Origin: an uncultured Methylomirabilota bacterium
GTDB lineage: Bacteria; Methylomirabilota; Methylomirabilia; Methylomirabilales; 2-02-FULL-66-22
Assembly (NCBI GenBank): GCA_963705305.1
Contig: OY970067.1
Span: forward strand, 3,136,001 to 3,200,000
Direction of reading: 5' to 3'
DNA length: 64,000 bases
Part shown: positions 61,913 through 64,000 of the stretch, in pieces
Layout of the letters: every line of letters starts with the position of its first letter
Position numbering within the stretch: position 1 is the stretch's first letter
The notes under the pieces: model-generated
The model's input: only the letters and a program-made list of their open reading frames with translations
The model's database searches: none
Told to the model about the DNA's origin: nothing
Translations under genes and position numbers: made by a program

Positions 61913-62629
61913 ATGACTCCAGATGACGTATCGTATGCCTACGAACTCCGCGTCAGCTCGCGCGCTCGCCGCGTCCGGCTAGAAATCTCCCAGGAGAAGG
62001 GACTCCTGGTCGTTGTCCCGCAACGATTCAAGCTTGCCGGGGTCCCCAACGTCCTCCAGTGGCATCGGGACTGGATTCGGTCGACCTTCGCGCGCCTGGC
62101 GCACCGACCGTCCCCTTCCCCGAGGGCGCCCTGGCGGATCCCTGCAGAAATCGCGCTTCGCGCAATCGGGACCACCTGGCAGGTCTCAGCGCGTTCCACA
62201 GATGTCCGGTGGGTCGCGGTCCACGAATCCCGAGGGCGCCAGCTAACCCTGGCCGGCCAGACCACCGAGGAGCGAGCGTGCCGGGAGGGCCTCGGGCGTT
62301 GGCTCGTCCGGCAGGCCCGGATGCATCTTCCGCCGCGCCTGGGGGCGCTGAGTCAGCAAACGGGCCTCCGCTATGGGCACGTGTCCGTCCGACGGCAGAA
62401 GACACGGTGGGGGAGCTGTGCGCGGGGCGGCCAGATCTCGCTGAACGCCCGCCTGCTCTTCCTGCCCCCAGAGTTGGTCGACTACGTCTGTGTGCACGAA
62501 TTGTGTCACGGGGTGCACTCGAACCATTCCACGGCATTCTGGACGCTCGTGCACCGACATTGCCCAGAGGCACCCAGCCGGCGTGCGGAGTTGCAGGCAG
62601 CTGGGCCGTTCGTGCCCTACTGGGCGTAA
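61913..62629 (+). CDS. M48/SprT-like zinc metallopeptidase (YgjP family)
   Basis: QKTRWGSC, DYVCVHELCH and NHS..FW. Confidence 0.9.
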   Translation: MTPDDVSYAYELRVSSRARRVRLEISQEKGLLVVVPQRFKLAGVPNVLQWHRDWIRSTFARLAHRPSPSPRAPWRIPAEIALRAIGTTWQVSARSTDVRWVAVHESRGRQLTLAGQTTEERACREGLGRWLVRQARMHLPPRLGALSQQTGLRYGHVSVRRQKTRWGSCARGGQISLNARLLFLPPELVDYVCVHELCHGVHSNHSTAFWTLVHRHCPEAPSRRAELQAAGPFVPYWA

Positions 62630-63742
62630 CCTCGCCTACGCACGCCACAACGCGGATGCCGTCTGGCGGAATTTCGAGGCTAACGCGCTCTTGACCGTGA
62701 CTCGATACTTGGGCAACACGACCATCAAGAAGCTGCTGGCAGACGTAACGATCGGAGCCGAAGCTTGAGGTCGTTCAGGGATGAGTAGTTCGACGACGCG
62801 CCTGTATCGCATCGAGTACATTCCCGTCCAAGGTTCCCGGAACCCTGGTGCTCCCGAGTGCAAGACGTAGCAGCGGAGGGGGCGGTGGGCGAGGCCTTTG
62901 GCCAGAGTCCGGAGGAGCTCTCGCACCAGGGCAAGTCCTTGCGCTTCGGGAAAGACGGTGGAGTAGGGGTCTGGACCGGCAGTCGTGTGCACATACCTGC
63001 CGATTCCCAAGGGTTGGCCGCCTGCGCACAGGAACCGCCCAAGGGTGACGGCTCGATTTGGCAGGTGGGCGTAAATGAAATGCGTGCTCCGGGGGAAGCC
63101 GATCGCGATGGCCGCGACCGTCAGGTACTTTGGCTGCAGCATCCAGGGCATCCAGTGATTCCGCCATGCTCTTGGGCCGTGCATCCGGCAAGTGGCTTGA
63201 CGGCGTCTCCGTTTCGGTGGCCTCGGGTTCGCCAGCAGGGCCAACCGCTGGCGCTGGCCTCCGACCGGGTGGATTTTCCCAAAGAACCAGGAACCAGCAA
63301 TGACAGGTTTCTGCAAGCCCGCCGAGTAACGCTGCAAGAATGCCGGCTGGCTTTGGGCGGGTGTCGACGTTGATGTGGAATTGCGGAGAGACGAAAAAGC
63401 CGCCCTACCGGGAAGTTAGAATGGTATGCAACACGCCGTGTTGTTTTGGCGGTGAGGCAGCAACCCCCTCGGACCTGTTTCTAGGCGCTCGCTGGACTCG
63501 ATGCTAGAAGCGACCCTGCGCCCCAAACATAATACCCACTGGGTGAGCGTGGTTCAGGTTGGAAAGGCCCGTCCGGATCTCGGGCTCAGCTACGGGCAGG
63601 ATCGCCGCAGGACGTGGGCGCGATCGCGAAGTTGGAACGTGGTGTGGACGGTGCCCTCCAAGTTCTCGACAATTCATTCACAGCCTCCAGAGGCGAGCCT
63701 GAGGAGCGCAACAGGAGAGGGGGAATAACCTGCCGGGCATGG

Positions 63743-64000
63743 CTATTTCTCCGAGCGCAGGTCCTGCGGTGCTTGCGGTTCGGGGTCGGGCTGATTGTTC
63801 CAGTAGGGAGTGTGGACGGACAGGGCCCACGGCTCCGCTAACTCGGCGTCCAAGAGTTGCTGGTTGATGACGAGCTCTGGTGATAGCTCCTCCTTGGGGT
63901 TGTGGGCCGCAAAGACCACGACCAGCGGATACCCCTCGGCATCTCTCTCATCGTACTTGTGGACGACGAGGCGCTTCTCCAGACAGCACTTCACGAGGAA
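63743..64000 (-). CDS. C-terminus of an unidentified protein (5' end outside window)
   Basis: Open, protein-like frame running to the window edge; no recognised motif. Confidence 0.35.
   Translation of the reverse strand, partial: FLVKCCLEKRLVVHKYDERDAEGYPLVVVFAAHNPKEELSPELVINQQLLDAELAEPWALSVHTPYWNNQPDPEPQAPQDLRSEK

Larger units (their letters stand above)
50801..64000 (+). mobile_element. Genomic island integrated at the tmRNA 3' end (far end outside window)
   Basis: P4-like integrase directly after ssrA, AlpA and defence-type cargo; no second copy of the ssrA 3' end seen in the window. Confidence 0.8.

Noticed and set aside
62630..63740. ORFs after the M48 peptidase
   Set aside because: No frame has convincing motifs; probably degraded sequence

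Overview
GC-rich bacterial chromosome segment. Gene content and repeat style suggest a Methylomirabilota/Rokubacteria-like organism, but this is inference only. Core blocks: GGDEF-rimO-pgpA-cinA-thpR-glycerate kinase-HMA-NMNAT (1-7.1 kb); ffh-rpsP-rimM-trmD-rplS-rnhB-yraN (27.8-32.4 kb); htrA, GH13, MtaA-like, NHL protein, Liv-type ABC transporter, comM, ACT, PilZ, smpB, aldolase and tmRNA (33-50.8 kb). Accessory region 1 (~7.3-27.7 kb) holds an IS1-family transporter element (8295-10875) with AT-rich cargo: a HigB/gp49-like toxin, an XRE antitoxin with a long C-terminal tail, and a DUF3467-like gene, i.e. a candidate SecB-independent toxin-antitoxin-chaperone system. It also holds a multi-GAF two-component cluster and a XerC/D-like integrase split by a ~6.3 kb insert (MITE, DedA, IS1380, Npt-like transporter, secreted dehydrogenase). 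Accessory region 2 is an island integrated at the tmRNA 3' end (50.8 kb to window end): P4-like integrase, AlpA, decayed replication genes and a co-oriented candidate defence locus (AbiEi-like, nucleotidyltransferase, Mre11-like YhaO, Rad50-like YhaN, HEPN, M48 peptidase). Four single-base frameshifts in otherwise intact genes are probably sequencing or assembly indels. All family calls come from motif recognition by eye; no searches were run.
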